From: an uncultured Candidatus Binatia bacterium
GTDB taxonomy: Bacteria; Desulfobacterota; Binatia; Bin18
Assembly: GCA_965200965.1 (NCBI GenBank)
Contig: OZ241744.1
Location: 2,432,001 to 2,496,000, forward strand
Direction: 5' to 3'
DNA length: 64,000 bases
A program made the position numbers and the translations under genes. This document shows positions 19,733 to 30,000 of this stretch, piece after piece. The first letter of the stretch is position 1. Each line of letters opens with the position of its first letter. The notes under the pieces are model-generated. The model had not been told where the DNA came from, did not search any database, and saw nothing but the letters and a program-made list of their open reading frames with translations.

Positions 19733-20770
19733 ATGTCCTTTGCCGCGATTCAAGGCCAGTCCGCCGCGTTGAGCACGCTCCGCAACGCCCTGGCCACCGA
19801 CCGCCTGGCCCATGCCTATCTCTTTGTGGGGCCGTCCGGGGTGGGCAAAAAGCGGACGGCCCTGGCGCTGGCCCAGAGCCTGCTGTGTACCGAGCAGGCC
19901 GGGGCTGGCTGTGAACGCTGCGCGGCGTGCAGGACGGTCGCCAAGGGCGCTCATCCCGACCTCAGCCTGGTCAGGCCACAGGCCGGCAAAACAACGCTGG
20001 TCATCGATCAGGTCCGCGACCTCCAGCGCTTTCTGGGGTTTCAGTCAGCGCGTGGCAATCGCAAAATCGGGCTAGTCGAAGAGGCCCAGGCACTGACGCC
20101 CCAGGCTCAGAGCGGCCTGCTCAAAATCGTCGAAGAACCGCCCGGCAACGCGCTGCTGATCCTGCTGTCGGTCGGTGCCGCCAGCCTGTCACGACCGCTG
20201 CTGTCCCGCTGCCAGCAGGTGCGGTTTGCCGCCCTGCCGCTCACCACGGTCGAGGCAATCCTGGTCCAGGAGCACGACACACCGCCGGCCGAAGCGCGTG
20301 CGATGGCCCTCTACAGTCGGGGCAGTATCGGCCGGGCCGTATCGCTCAACGCCAAGGTCTTCACCGAAGAGCGTCAATACCTGATTGAAGAGTTGACCCG
20401 GCTCGAGCGCGCCCCGTTTGGCCAAGTGTCGGCCCTGGCCGAATGGCTGGTGGCCAATCGCAGCAAGAAATCCCGGACCAAGACAGACCGGGCGGATCGG
20501 GAGGCCGGTGGGGATCGTCTGGAGTTAGCCCTGAGTTGGTACGAAGAACTCCTGCGCTATGTGTTGCTGGGTCAAGACGGGGTGGTACGCTATGCAGACT
20601 GTCTGCCCACACTCACCCAAACGGCTCAAGGCTTGAGCGTGGAAGAGGCCCTGCGACAACTCAGCCTGGTCTATGATACGATAGGAGCACTGGACCGCAA
20701 CGCCAACGCACGGCTTGCGGTTGAAGACATGCTGCTCCAGCTTGCCGCCCGGGAGAATGGCCAAGGCTGA
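19733..20770 (+). CDS. holB: DNA polymerase III delta' subunit
   Basis: [13 protein letters not shown], Zn-binding cysteines, [16 protein letters not shown]; follows tmk. Confidence 0.92.
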   Translation: MSFAAIQGQSAALSTLRNALATDRLAHAYLFVGPSGVGKKRTALALAQSLLCTEQAGAGCERCAACRTVAKGAHPDLSLVRPQAGKTTLVIDQVRDLQRFLGFQSARGNRKIGLVEEAQALTPQAQSGLLKIVEEPPGNALLILLSVGAASLSRPLLSRCQQVRFAALPLTTVEAILVQEHDTPPAEARAMALYSRGSIGRAVSLNAKVFTEERQYLIEELTRLERAPFGQVSALAEWLVANRSKKSRTKTDRADREAGGDRLELALSWYEELLRYVLLGQDGVVRYADCLPTLTQTAQGLSVEEALRQLSLVYDTIGALDRNANARLAVEDMLLQLAARENGQG

Positions 20771-20819
20771 TGCCCAAGCGAATACGAAGAGATCACCACT
20801 CGCCTGTGAGGAGAAAGAC

Positions 20820-22583
20820 ATGAGCCAGTCGCGGAACATCCTCGTTGGCGTTGCCTGGCCGTATGCCAACGGCGAGCAACACATCGGTCATATTGCCGGC
20901 GCGTATCTGCCGCCGGATATCTTTTCGCGCTACCAGCGCATGATCGGCAATGCGGTCTTGATGGTGAGTGGTTCAGATACGCACGGAACGCCGGTCAGCG
21001 TGCGGGCCGAGGCGGAGGGCAACAGCCCGGCCACGGTGGTTGAGCGCTTTCATGCCGGTTTTGTAGAGAGCTATCAGAAGCTGGGGCTGACCTTTGATCT
21101 GTTTACCCATACCGACACCCAGAACCACTGGGATGTGACGCAGCAGATGTTTCGCCAGCACCGGGACAAGCACTATATCTACACCGATACCCAGCAGCAG
21201 TTGTACGACCCCGAGGCCAGGCGTTTTTTACCCGACCGGTATGTTGAGGGCCGGTGTCCGTTTTGCGACAGCTCTGAGGCTCGGGGGGACCAGTGCGACG
21301 CCTGTGGCCGGACCTACGAGGCCGTTGAGCTGAAACAGCCGCGCTCGCGGCTCACCGGCAATACCCGTCTTGAGGTTCGCCAGACCGAACACTTTTTCCT
21401 GGACCTTGGCAAGCTCCAGCCCGCGCTCCGCAACTGGTTGCAGCAGGGCAAAGAGCACTGGCGGCCAAACGTCATCCGGTTTTCCCGCACCCAGGTTGAA
21501 CAAGAGGTGTTGCGCGGCCGTCCCATCACGCGTGATCTGGAGTGGGGGATTACGATTCCGCTCAAGGGCTATGGGGATAAGCGCATCTATGTCTGGTATG
21601 ACGCGGTGATTGGCTATTTCAGCGCCGCTATTGAGTGGGCCACGCTGAATCACACCCCCGACAAATGGCGCGAGTGGTGGGACCCGACGGTGAACACCGA
21701 CGCCCGGGCTTACTATTTTATCGGCAAAGACAATATTCCCTTCCACGCCATGATGTGGCCGGCGATGCTTATTGGCTACGGCGGGCTGCACCTGCCCTAC
21801 GATGTGCCGGCCAACGAATACCTCAACATGTACGGCCGCAAGTTCAGCAAGAGCCGCGGCCATGTCATCAGCATCCACCGCGCCCTGGAACGCTACCAGG
21901 CCGATGCCTGGCGCTACGCTTTGACCGCCATAGCACCGGAGGGCAGCGACGTTGACTTTACCTGGGATGACTTTGTGGAACGGGTCAACAATGAGCTGGT
22001 CGCCAACTGGGGCAATCTGGTCAACCGGGTGCTGGGCTTTGCCCACTCGCGCTTCCAGGGGCTTGTGCCTGAGCCTGGCCGGCTGGACGACGCCGACCGG
22101 GCCATTCTGGCTGAAATCACGGCCGGGTTTCAGAGCGTTGGCGATTTGTACGCGGCGGTCAAGCTCAAAATGGCGCTGGGCGAAGTACGCCGGCTCAGCC
22201 AGCAGGCCAACCTGTATTTTCACGACAAAGCCCCGTGGAAAACCATCAAGACCGACCCCCGGCGAACGGCCACAACGGTCTATGTGGCCCTCCAGCTCAT
22301 TGACTGCTTGAAGCTGCTGTGGGCACCTATTCTCCCCCATACCAGTCAACAGCTCCATGCCCTGCTCGGCTATGAAGGGCAGTTGTTTGGCCGCCAGTAT
22401 ACCGAAACGGTCAAGGACGGGCGGGGCTCGCACCTGGTCCTGCGCTACGACCACCGCGGCGCGACCGGCGTGTGGCAGCCGACGACCCTGCCGCCGCAGC
22501 AAGCCCTGCGGAAACCCTCCCCGCTGTTCATCAAGCTTGACGAGGATGTGCCGGAGAAGGAACTCCAGGGCCAGGCCGAGTGA
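20820..22583 (+). CDS. metG: Methionyl-tRNA synthetase (no C-terminal EMAP domain)
   Basis: [35 protein letters not shown]. Confidence 0.96.
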   Translation: MSQSRNILVGVAWPYANGEQHIGHIAGAYLPPDIFSRYQRMIGNAVLMVSGSDTHGTPVSVRAEAEGNSPATVVERFHAGFVESYQKLGLTFDLFTHTDTQNHWDVTQQMFRQHRDKHYIYTDTQQQLYDPEARRFLPDRYVEGRCPFCDSSEARGDQCDACGRTYEAVELKQPRSRLTGNTRLEVRQTEHFFLDLGKLQPALRNWLQQGKEHWRPNVIRFSRTQVEQEVLRGRPITRDLEWGITIPLKGYGDKRIYVWYDAVIGYFSAAIEWATLNHTPDKWREWWDPTVNTDARAYYFIGKDNIPFHAMMWPAMLIGYGGLHLPYDVPANEYLNMYGRKFSKSRGHVISIHRALERYQADAWRYALTAIAPEGSDVDFTWDDFVERVNNELVANWGNLVNRVLGFAHSRFQGLVPEPGRLDDADRAILAEITAGFQSVGDLYAAVKLKMALGEVRRLSQQANLYFHDKAPWKTIKTDPRRTATTVYVALQLIDCLKLLWAPILPHTSQQLHALLGYEGQLFGRQYTETVKDGRGSHLVLRYDHRGATGVWQPTTLPPQQALRKPSPLFIKLDEDVPEKELQGQAE

Positions 22584-23365
22584 CCGCTATGCTGATCGAC
22601 TCGCACTGCCATCTGACCGACGAACAGTTCGATCCCGACCGGCCGGCGCTGCTTGACCGGGCCCGGGCGGCCGGGGTGTCGGGTTTTGTTGTGATCGGCG
22701 CAAGCAGGGCCTTTGTGCATAACGAAAAAGCCCTGGCTCTGGCCCGGCAACAGGTCGATGTCTTTGCCGTGCTCGGCGTCCATCCCCACGAGGCCACCAC
22801 CATCACCCCAGAGACCTATCGCCGTTTGCGCACCCTGGCCCGGCAGCCGGAAGTCGTTGGGCTGGGCGAGACCGGGCTGGATTTTTACTACCAGCACTCC
22901 CCCCGCGCGGACCAGCGCCGGCACTTTCGGGCGTTTATCCGTTTAGCCCAGGAGCTTGACCTGCCCCTGTCCATGCACATCCGTGACGCCTACGACGAAG
23001 CCGCCCGGCTGCTGCGGGAAGAGGGCGACGGGCGGCTGCGCGGGGTGATGCACTGCTTTACCGGCACTGCCCAAGAAGCCCGCAGCCTGCTTGAGCTGGG
23101 GCTGTATCTTTCGTTCAGCGGTATTGTCACGTTTAAGAGCGCCGGGGCGCTGCGCGAGGTTGTCCGCCAAGTGCCGCTCAATCGAATGCTGGTGGAAACA
23201 GACTGCCCGTTTTTAGCTCCCGTTCCGTTCCGTGGCAAACGGAATGAGCCGGCCCGTGTCGTCCGGGTGGCGCAAACGCTGGCCCGGGTGAAAGACAGGC
23301 CACTCAACGCGATCGCCGAGGCAACGGCCAGGAATACCCGGAGCCTGTTCCGGCTCCCGGTCTAG
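22580..23365 (+). CDS. TatD family hydrolase
   Basis: [35 protein letters not shown]. Confidence 0.93.
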   Translation: MTAMLIDSHCHLTDEQFDPDRPALLDRARAAGVSGFVVIGASRAFVHNEKALALARQQVDVFAVLGVHPHEATTITPETYRRLRTLARQPEVVGLGETGLDFYYQHSPRADQRRHFRAFIRLAQELDLPLSMHIRDAYDEAARLLREEGDGRLRGVMHCFTGTAQEARSLLELGLYLSFSGIVTFKSAGALREVVRQVPLNRMLVETDCPFLAPVPFRGKRNEPARVVRVAQTLARVKDRPLNAIAEATARNTRSLFRLPV

Positions 23366-23826
23366 GCCGGCAGGTGGCGCTCCCGCGTGGTCTGGCGGCC
23401 TTCACGACACTCCTGACAGATGCCGTAGATCTCCATCTTGTGGCTGGTGGCCACAAAACCGAAGCGATGCGCCATCTGCTCCTGGAGGGCCTCAATGTCC
23501 GGGTCCATGAACTCAATAATACGACCGCAGCGCTCGCAGATCAGATGATCGTGGTGGCGCTCTGCCTCAACTTTCTCGAAGCGCGCCTGCCCGTCGGCAA
23601 AATGACGCTCCGCGGCAAGGCCACACTCCTTGAGCAGTTTAAGGGTCCGGTAGACGGTGGCGTAGCCCACCCGGGGGTTGATATGGCGGACTTCGTTACA
23701 CAACTCTTCCACGCTGATATGGCGGTTGGACTCAAAGAAGACCTGGGCAATATCGTCGCGCTGGGCGGTCGTCTTCAGGCCCTGCTCCTTGATCCACAGG
23801 TGAAAGGTTTCAAGTCGATCGCTCAC
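23362..23826 (-). CDS. Fur-family transcriptional regulator
   Basis: GLKTTAQR, ATVYRTLKLL, HHDHLICERCG, YGICQEC; GTG start overlaps the upstream stop. Confidence 0.92.
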   Translation of the reverse strand: MSDRLETFHLWIKEQGLKTTAQRDDIAQVFFESNRHISVEELCNEVRHINPRVGYATVYRTLKLLKECGLAAERHFADGQARFEKVEAERHHDHLICERCGRIIEFMDPDIEALQEQMAHRFGFVATSHKMEIYGICQECREGRQTTRERHLPA

Positions 23827-24110
23827 AGCCCGACTCCTCCGGGAAGGATGCGGCGCAGGAGCGGGGAGAGGCTGTCGGTTTTGATGCCCCGCCCGCACAG
23901 TTCATCAAGCAGCAACTCAAGCCTCTCGGCCGGCGGCATATTTCTGTCGAGGAACACCGTATCTTTCCCGTACACCCGACAGCCGCCACTTCGCACTCGA
24001 TAGCCGGCCCCACAGAGCAGCTTTTCCTCGCGGACCCGAATCCCCTGCTGTTCGGCCAGCGTCTTGAGTTCTTGCAGCAGGACGGCAGCCTGTGCCCGTT
24101 TGCGCACCAT
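23823..24110 (-). CDS. Hypothetical protein coupled to fur
   Basis: 95-aa ORF with ATG start and a 4-nt overlap with fur; globular-looking sequence (GIRVREEKL..SGGCRV). Confidence 0.7.
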   Translation of the reverse strand: MVRKRAQAAVLLQELKTLAEQQGIRVREEKLLCGAGYRVRSGGCRVYGKDTVFLDRNMPPAERLELLLDELCGRGIKTDSLSPLLRRILPGGVGL

Positions 24111-24175
24111 GCCGCCATTGTGACCAAGCTATCCGGTCTTGTAAAGCGTGGCCCATAGGCTGGAGGCCGCTTCTC

Positions 24176-24204
24176 TTGCCAGATTGGGCCAGCGCCGATA
24201 GTAT
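24176..24204 (+). promoter_or_regulatory. Sigma70-like promoter for the hpnH operon
   Basis: TTGCCA-N17-TAGTAT about 30 bp before the hpnH start. Confidence 0.5.
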
Positions 24205-24234
24205 GGGCCGATATTATGATCGGGGGAGGAGAGG

Positions 24235-25233
24235 ATGCGGCTTCCACTGCACATCGCCACAGACATGATCAAATGGCAGTTCAAAAACAAGCTGCGGGGC
24301 AGACAGCGCTACCCGGTCGTCCTGATGCTGGAACCACTCTACGCCTGCAACCTGGCCTGCGTCGGCTGTAGCCCGGAACGCCACCTGGGTGATCTGAAAG
24401 ATCGGCTGAGCCTGGAACAGAGTCTGCAAGCGGTTGACGAGGCCGGCGCTCCGGTCATCTCGATCTGTGGTGGCGAGCCGACCATCTATCCTGAGTTGCC
24501 GGAACTGGTGACCGGCAGTATCAGACGCAAACGGCACGTCTACCTGTGTACCAACGGCCTGTTGCTGGACCGCTTCTACGCCAAGAGCGTCCCCCACAAA
24601 CGGCTGACCATCAATGTCCACCTTGACGGACTGCGCGAAACGCACGACTCCGTGTGCGCCCGGCAGGGCGTTTTTGACCAGGCCATCGCCATGATCAAGC
24701 GCGGCAAGCAACTCGGCTACTCGGTGTATACCAACACAACCATCTTCCGCAAAACCAGCATGGACGAGATTGAGCAGATGTGCGAGCTAGTGACCGGGCT
24801 GGGCGTTGACGGCCTGATGATCTCGCCCGGCTACCACTATGAGAAGGTCGCCCAAGACTATTTTCTGTACCGCGATGATATCCACCGCAAATTCGAGACT
24901 GTCCTGGAGTTGTCCAAACGCTATCCCATTTCCCTCACCCCGCTGTTCCTGGAGTTTGCGGCCGGCAAACGTGACTATCCGTGTACGCCGTGGGGCAACG
25001 TCACCCGCACGCCGTTTGGCTGGAAAGACCCGTGTTATCTGATTGGCAAACGCTACTTCCAGACCTGGGACGAGTTCTGGAACGGGGTGGACTGGGACTA
25101 TTGGGAGAAGCGCGAGGACGCCCTGTGCCAGAACTGCTTTATGCACTCCGGCTTTGAAGCCTCGGTGGTCCGCAAGCTGCCCGAAAGCCCCAGAGATATG
25201 CTGACTATTGCCAAGTGGATGGTGTCGGCATGA
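24235..25233 (+). CDS. hpnH: Adenosyl-hopene transferase (hopanoid radical SAM enzyme)
   Basis: YPVVLMLEPLYACNLACVGC, CGGEP, CTPWGNVT, CQNCFMHSGFE. Confidence 0.88.
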   Translation: MRLPLHIATDMIKWQFKNKLRGRQRYPVVLMLEPLYACNLACVGCSPERHLGDLKDRLSLEQSLQAVDEAGAPVISICGGEPTIYPELPELVTGSIRRKRHVYLCTNGLLLDRFYAKSVPHKRLTINVHLDGLRETHDSVCARQGVFDQAIAMIKRGKQLGYSVYTNTTIFRKTSMDEIEQMCELVTGLGVDGLMISPGYHYEKVAQDYFLYRDDIHRKFETVLELSKRYPISLTPLFLEFAAGKRDYPCTPWGNVTRTPFGWKDPCYLIGKRYFQTWDEFWNGVDWDYWEKREDALCQNCFMHSGFEASVVRKLPESPRDMLTIAKWMVSA

Positions 25234-26261
25234 AAGTCGCCCGACTGTATACGTCGTCTGATATCCGCTTTGAGGAGGAGCCTGTCCCCAGCCTTGGGCC
25301 GGGCCAGGCCCTGGTCAAAACCCGGGCCTGCGGCATCTGCTCGGGCGACGTGATGGCGTGGTATATTGAAAAAAAAGCCCCGGTGGTGTTTGGCCACGAG
25401 CCAGCCGGAGAAATTGTCGAGGTCGGGCCGGATGTGTCAGATTTTCAGCCCGGCGACCGGGTCTTTATTCATCACCACGCCCCCTGCTTTGGCTGTCGGG
25501 CCTGCCGGCGGGGCGACTTTGTGCAGTGCCCGACCTGGCGCGCCTCGCGTATTATTCCCGGCGGTATGGCCGAGTATTTCCTGGTTCCCAGAGAGAACCT
25601 GTCGGGTGACTGCCTGCGCCTTCCTGCCGACATGTCGTTTGCCGACGGCTCCCTGATTGAACCGACGGCGTGTGCGGTAAAAGCCCTGCGTCGCGCCCGG
25701 CTCCAGGCCGGAGACCGTGTGTGTGTGATCGGCCTTGGCATCATGGGTCAACTCAATGTCGCCCTGGCCCGGCACGCGGGCGCGGGCGCGATCATGGGCA
25801 CCGACTTTGTTGCCTACCGTCGGCACAAAGCCCTTGAACTTGGGGCGGACGCGGCGTTTGACCCTGCCGACGGCCCGGTCGAAGAGGCGATTCGAGACCA
25901 TACCAAAGGCGGGATGGCTGAACTCGTCATCGTTGGACCAGGGACAATCGAGGCCATGCAGCTCGGTATCCGCTGCGCGGCCAGGGGTGGGACCGTACTG
26001 CTCTTCACCACCAGCCGTCCCGATGCCAGGCTACCGATTGCGCCGCACGAGTTGTATTTCAACGAAATCAGTCTCATCCCCAGCTATTCGTGTGGACCGA
26101 ACGATACCCGCCAAGCCTTGGAGCATGTCCGCACCGGCGTTATTCCGTCTGATCGCCTCATCACCCACCGATTCCCCTTTGCCGCGATCCATAACGCCTA
26201 TCACAACGCGGCCGCGGCCCGGGATTCGCTGAAAACGATTATCGAGTTCCCACCTGGCTGA
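25230..26261 (+). CDS. Zn-dependent alcohol/polyol dehydrogenase (MDR family)
   Basis: CGICSGD, GHEPAG, C..C..C...C structural Zn site, GLGIMG. Confidence 0.9.
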   Translation: MKVARLYTSSDIRFEEEPVPSLGPGQALVKTRACGICSGDVMAWYIEKKAPVVFGHEPAGEIVEVGPDVSDFQPGDRVFIHHHAPCFGCRACRRGDFVQCPTWRASRIIPGGMAEYFLVPRENLSGDCLRLPADMSFADGSLIEPTACAVKALRRARLQAGDRVCVIGLGIMGQLNVALARHAGAGAIMGTDFVAYRRHKALELGADAAFDPADGPVEEAIRDHTKGGMAELVIVGPGTIEAMQLGIRCAARGGTVLLFTTSRPDARLPIAPHELYFNEISLIPSYSCGPNDTRQALEHVRTGVIPSDRLITHRFPFAAIHNAYHNAAAARDSLKTIIEFPPG

Positions 26262-26277
26262 AAAGAGTGGGGGAGGC

Positions 26278-29202
26278 ATGGAAAATCCACTGCTGAAGGT
26301 CCATCAACTCGGCCAGAGCATTTGGTACGACAATATCCGGCGCGGCCTGATTACCTCGGGCGAACTGCGCGCCCTCGTCAAACGCGACGGCGTGTGCGGA
26401 ATCACCTCCAACCCGGCGATCTTCGAGAAGGCCCTGTCCAACACCGCGGATTACGACCAAGCCATGCGGGCTCTGGTTGAGCAGGGGGTTGGAACGAACA
26501 AAGACATATATGAACGGCTGGCCATCCAGGATATTCAGATGGCCGCCGACCTCTTAGCCCCAATCTACCACGACACGAACCGGCGGGACGGCTATGTGAG
26601 CTTTGAGGTCTCGCCCCATCTGGCCCATGATACGCGCGGGACAGTCAAAGAGGCGCGGCGGCTGCGGTCGGCGGTTGACCGTGAAAATGTCATGATCAAA
26701 GTCCCGGCCACCCAGGCCGGTATCCCGGCCATCACCCAACTTGTCAGCGAAGGCACAAACATCAACGTTACCCTGCTGTTCGCAGTAGATGTCTATGAGG
26801 CTGCCGCCACCGCCTATATGGCCGGTTTGGAACGGCTGTGCGCCAGCGGTGGGGAGTTGGCCAAGGTCAGCAGTGTGGCCAGCTTTTTTGTCAGTCGGCT
26901 CGACTCCCTGATTGACGAGCGGCTGAACACGGCCCTTGACGTGGCTGACCCGGCCCAGCGGGACCACATCAGGGGGCTGCTCGGCACCGCGGCCATTGCC
27001 AACGCAAAGGCCGCGTATGCCGCCTACCAGAACATTATCGCCAGCCAGCGCTGGCAAAGCCTGGCCGCCCGTGGAGCCAAGCCCCAACGCCTGCTGTGGG
27101 CCAGCACGAGCACCAAGAATCCGGCCTATCCGAAGACCAGGTATATTGATGCGCTGATCGGGCCGGATACGGTCAGCACCCTGCCGGATGAGACGCTGCG
27201 CGCGTTTCGCCAGCTCGGTCGGCCTCAGCAGCCCCGTCTGACCGAAAACTGGCCTGAAGGGCTTGAGCAAGCCCAGGCCAGGCTTCGCAGCCTGGGTCAG
27301 CTTGGCATTTCTCTGCGAGAGGCGACCGATCATCTGCTGACCGACGGGGTCAAAAAGTTTGGCGATTCGTTCGACGCCCTGCTGAGCGCCATAGAACACA
27401 AACGCCAAGCCCTGCTCGGACCGGACTTGGCCCGGCAAGACTCCAATCTCGGAGAAGCCAGCCCCGCGGTTGAGGCGGCGCTCAAAGAGTGGCGCGCCTC
27501 GGGCAAAGTCCGCCGTCTGTGGCAGGGCGATACCTCCCTGTGGTCGCGGACAGACGAGGACAGGTGGCTCGGCTGGTTGTCGGTCGTTGAGCGGCAGCGG
27601 GAACACCTTGCCGAGCTGCGCCAGATTGCCGACGAGCTCCGCGCCAGTGGCATCCGCCACCTTGTGCTGCTGGGGATGGGTGGCTCAAGTCTGTGCCCCG
27701 ATGTCCTCCGGGCCAGCTTTGGCAAGAAAGCGAACGATAAGAGCCACTATTCAGGAAGAGGGCAGCGTTCGCTCTCTCAGGGCGGCTTTCCTGAACTGCA
27801 TGTGCTTGACTCGACCGTCCCCGCCCAAGTTCAGGCCACGGTCAAACGCATAGACCCGGCCCGGACCGTGTGCATTGTCTCCTCAAAATCGGGCGAGACG
27901 ATTGAACCGCAGGTCCTCAAGGACTACTTCGCGGACGCGATACAAAGCGCCATCGGTCCAGAACCAGTCGGGAGCCGTTTCATTGCCATTACCGACCCTG
28001 AGACCGCCCTCCACCGGCTGGCCCGGGCAGAGGGTTTTCGCCACATTGTCCACGGCAGCCCCGACATAGGCGGGCGGTTTTCCGCCCTGTCGCCGTTTGG
28101 TCTGCTGCCAGCCGCCCTGATGGGAGTCGATGTCGAGCGTTTTCTTGACAGCGCAATGCGGATGGTCCAATCCTGCGCCGCCAGTGTTCCGCCCGATGCC
28201 AACCCCGGCGTCAGCCTGGGGATCATCCTGGCCACGTTCGGCCAGCAGGGGCGGGACAAGCTCACGTTCATCACCTCACCGCCAATCGGGAGCCTGGAGA
28301 CCTGGCTCGAACAACTCATTGCCGAGTCAACCGGCAAAAACGGGCGGGGCCTGATTCCGGTTGCTGGCGAACCGCTCGGACCGCCCGAGGTGTACGGCCA
28401 CGACCGGCTGTTTGTCTACATCCGCCTCAACACAGCGCCCTCAACCGAACAGGACGCCGCGGTCGCTGCCCTGGAACGCGCCGGCCAGCCGTCGGTCCGG
28501 ATTACGCTTGAGCAGACAATTGATCTGGGCCAGGAGTTCTTCCGCTGGGAAATCGCCACCGCGGTGGCCGGTTCGCTCTTGGGCGTCAATCCCTTCAACC
28601 AACCCGATGTCGAAGCCAGCAAGCGGGCAACGCGGACCTTGATGGATCGCTACCAGCAAGAAGGTGGCACTCGGCCAGGCGCGTCTGCCATGCTGGAGGA
28701 GGCCGGGCTTCGGCTGTGTACCGACGCGCGAAACGCCGACTCCCTGCTGTCCGCGGCTCCGGCCTGGACCCTGGAAGCAGCCCTGGCCGCCCATCTCAGC
28801 CAACTGCGGGCCGGCGACTATCTGGCCATCAACGCCTATCTCGACATGAGCCCGGCCAACGGCCGGATACTGCAACAGCTCCGCCAGGCCATTCGTGACA
28901 AAAAACGGGTTGCCACTACCCTCGGCTATGGACCGCGCTTCTTACACTCAACAGGTCAGTCGCACAAAGGCGGGCCTGACACCGGGGTCTTTCTCCAGCT
29001 CACGGCCGACGACAGCCCGGATATCGCCATCCCCGGCCGACCCTACAGTTTTGGCGTCCTGAAAAATGCCCAGGCCCAGGGTGACGCCGAGGTCCTGGCC
29101 GAACGCGGCAGACGGTGTGTCCGCATCCATCTTGGTGCAGATATCCACGCCGGCCTGGCCCATCTCCACACCGTGGTCCAGCGTGCTCTGGGGGAAAAGT
29201 GA
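26278..29202 (+). CDS. Bifunctional transaldolase / phosphoglucose isomerase
   Basis: GQSIWYD, TSNPAIF, MIKVPAT, NINVTLLF; PGI half GMGGSSL, SSKSG, GGRFS, EQLIAESTGK, NPFNQPDVE. Confidence 0.94.
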   Translation: MENPLLKVHQLGQSIWYDNIRRGLITSGELRALVKRDGVCGITSNPAIFEKALSNTADYDQAMRALVEQGVGTNKDIYERLAIQDIQMAADLLAPIYHDTNRRDGYVSFEVSPHLAHDTRGTVKEARRLRSAVDRENVMIKVPATQAGIPAITQLVSEGTNINVTLLFAVDVYEAAATAYMAGLERLCASGGELAKVSSVASFFVSRLDSLIDERLNTALDVADPAQRDHIRGLLGTAAIANAKAAYAAYQNIIASQRWQSLAARGAKPQRLLWASTSTKNPAYPKTRYIDALIGPDTVSTLPDETLRAFRQLGRPQQPRLTENWPEGLEQAQARLRSLGQLGISLREATDHLLTDGVKKFGDSFDALLSAIEHKRQALLGPDLARQDSNLGEASPAVEAALKEWRASGKVRRLWQGDTSLWSRTDEDRWLGWLSVVERQREHLAELRQIADELRASGIRHLVLLGMGGSSLCPDVLRASFGKKANDKSHYSGRGQRSLSQGGFPELHVLDSTVPAQVQATVKRIDPARTVCIVSSKSGETIEPQVLKDYFADAIQSAIGPEPVGSRFIAITDPETALHRLARAEGFRHIVHGSPDIGGRFSALSPFGLLPAALMGVDVERFLDSAMRMVQSCAASVPPDANPGVSLGIILATFGQQGRDKLTFITSPPIGSLETWLEQLIAESTGKNGRGLIPVAGEPLGPPEVYGHDRLFVYIRLNTAPSTEQDAAVAALERAGQPSVRITLEQTIDLGQEFFRWEIATAVAGSLLGVNPFNQPDVEASKRATRTLMDRYQQEGGTRPGASAMLEEAGLRLCTDARNADSLLSAAPAWTLEAALAAHLSQLRAGDYLAINAYLDMSPANGRILQQLRQAIRDKKRVATTLGYGPRFLHSTGQSHKGGPDTGVFLQLTADDSPDIAIPGRPYSFGVLKNAQAQGDAEVLAERGRRCVRIHLGADIHAGLAHLHTVVQRALGEK
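27725..27777 (+). repeat. Palindromic element (subfamily B, degenerate) inserted in frame in tal-pgi
   Basis: Arms agaaagcgaacg / cgttcgctctct (11/12 complementary); tcaggaaga...cgttcgc shared with 44280-44301; encodes KANDKSHYSGRGQRSLS. Confidence 0.7.
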
Positions 29203-29255
29203 ACAATGCCCTCTCCCTGACCGAGCTGGGTATCAGCGTTCATTTTGAGACAGGT

Positions 29256-29939
29256 ATGGCCCAAGACATTACCGAACACGCGCTCAGCCTTATTGACAAC
29301 GGCACCATCGTCGGGCTGGGCTCGGGGCGGGCGGCGCGGGATTTTGTGCGTGCCCTAGGCACCCGCGTCCAGGCCGGCCTCCAGGTCCAAGGCGTGCCAA
29401 CCTCCCGAACAACCGCCGGCCTGGCCCGGAGCCAGGGGATTCCTCTCTTTGGACCGGACGAGGTTGACCGGATTGATATTGCGGTTGACGGCGCAGACGA
29501 GGTCGATCCATCGCTCCAGCTGATCAAGGGCTATGGCGGGGCGCTGGTCCGGGAAAAAATTGTGGCCGCCTCGGCCAAACGCTTTGTCGTTCTTGTCGGC
29601 CAAGAGAAACTCGTACCGGTCCTTGGCTCGCGCGGCAAACTCCCCCTCGAAGTCCTCCCCTTTGGTGCCGCCCTGTGTTTGCGGCTGCTGGATGAACTCG
29701 GCTGGCAGCCACTGCTGCGCCAGGAAACCGGCACGCCATGTACCACCGACAACGGCAACTATCTGGTGGACTGCCACATCCCCCTCCTGCCTTCTCCCGC
29801 GGTCTGGGAGCGACGCTTGTCAGCCATGCCCGGCATCGTGGGCACCGGCCTCTTCATTGACATGGCCCACACGGTCCTGATCCAGACTGGCGACACCGTA
29901 CAGGTCCGCCAGCGAACCCCCACCATACTGCCCCCATGA
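29256..29939 (+). CDS. rpiA: Ribose-5-phosphate isomerase A
   Basis: VGLGSG, DGADEVD, IKGYGGALVREKIVA, TDNGN. Confidence 0.94.
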   Translation: MAQDITEHALSLIDNGTIVGLGSGRAARDFVRALGTRVQAGLQVQGVPTSRTTAGLARSQGIPLFGPDEVDRIDIAVDGADEVDPSLQLIKGYGGALVREKIVAASAKRFVVLVGQEKLVPVLGSRGKLPLEVLPFGAALCLRLLDELGWQPLLRQETGTPCTTDNGNYLVDCHIPLLPSPAVWERRLSAMPGIVGTGLFIDMAHTVLIQTGDTVQVRQRTPTILPP

Positions 29940-30000
29940 AAGACGCCACGCCCAGGTGCTTCTTTACTCCCCCGCCTGGACAAGCGCGCAAGGATGAACA

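Noticed and set aside
20777-20805. Seventh copy of the palindromic element between holB and metG
   Set aside because: About 15/20 match to the right end of the 9953 copy, but short and degenerate; not called without a model search.
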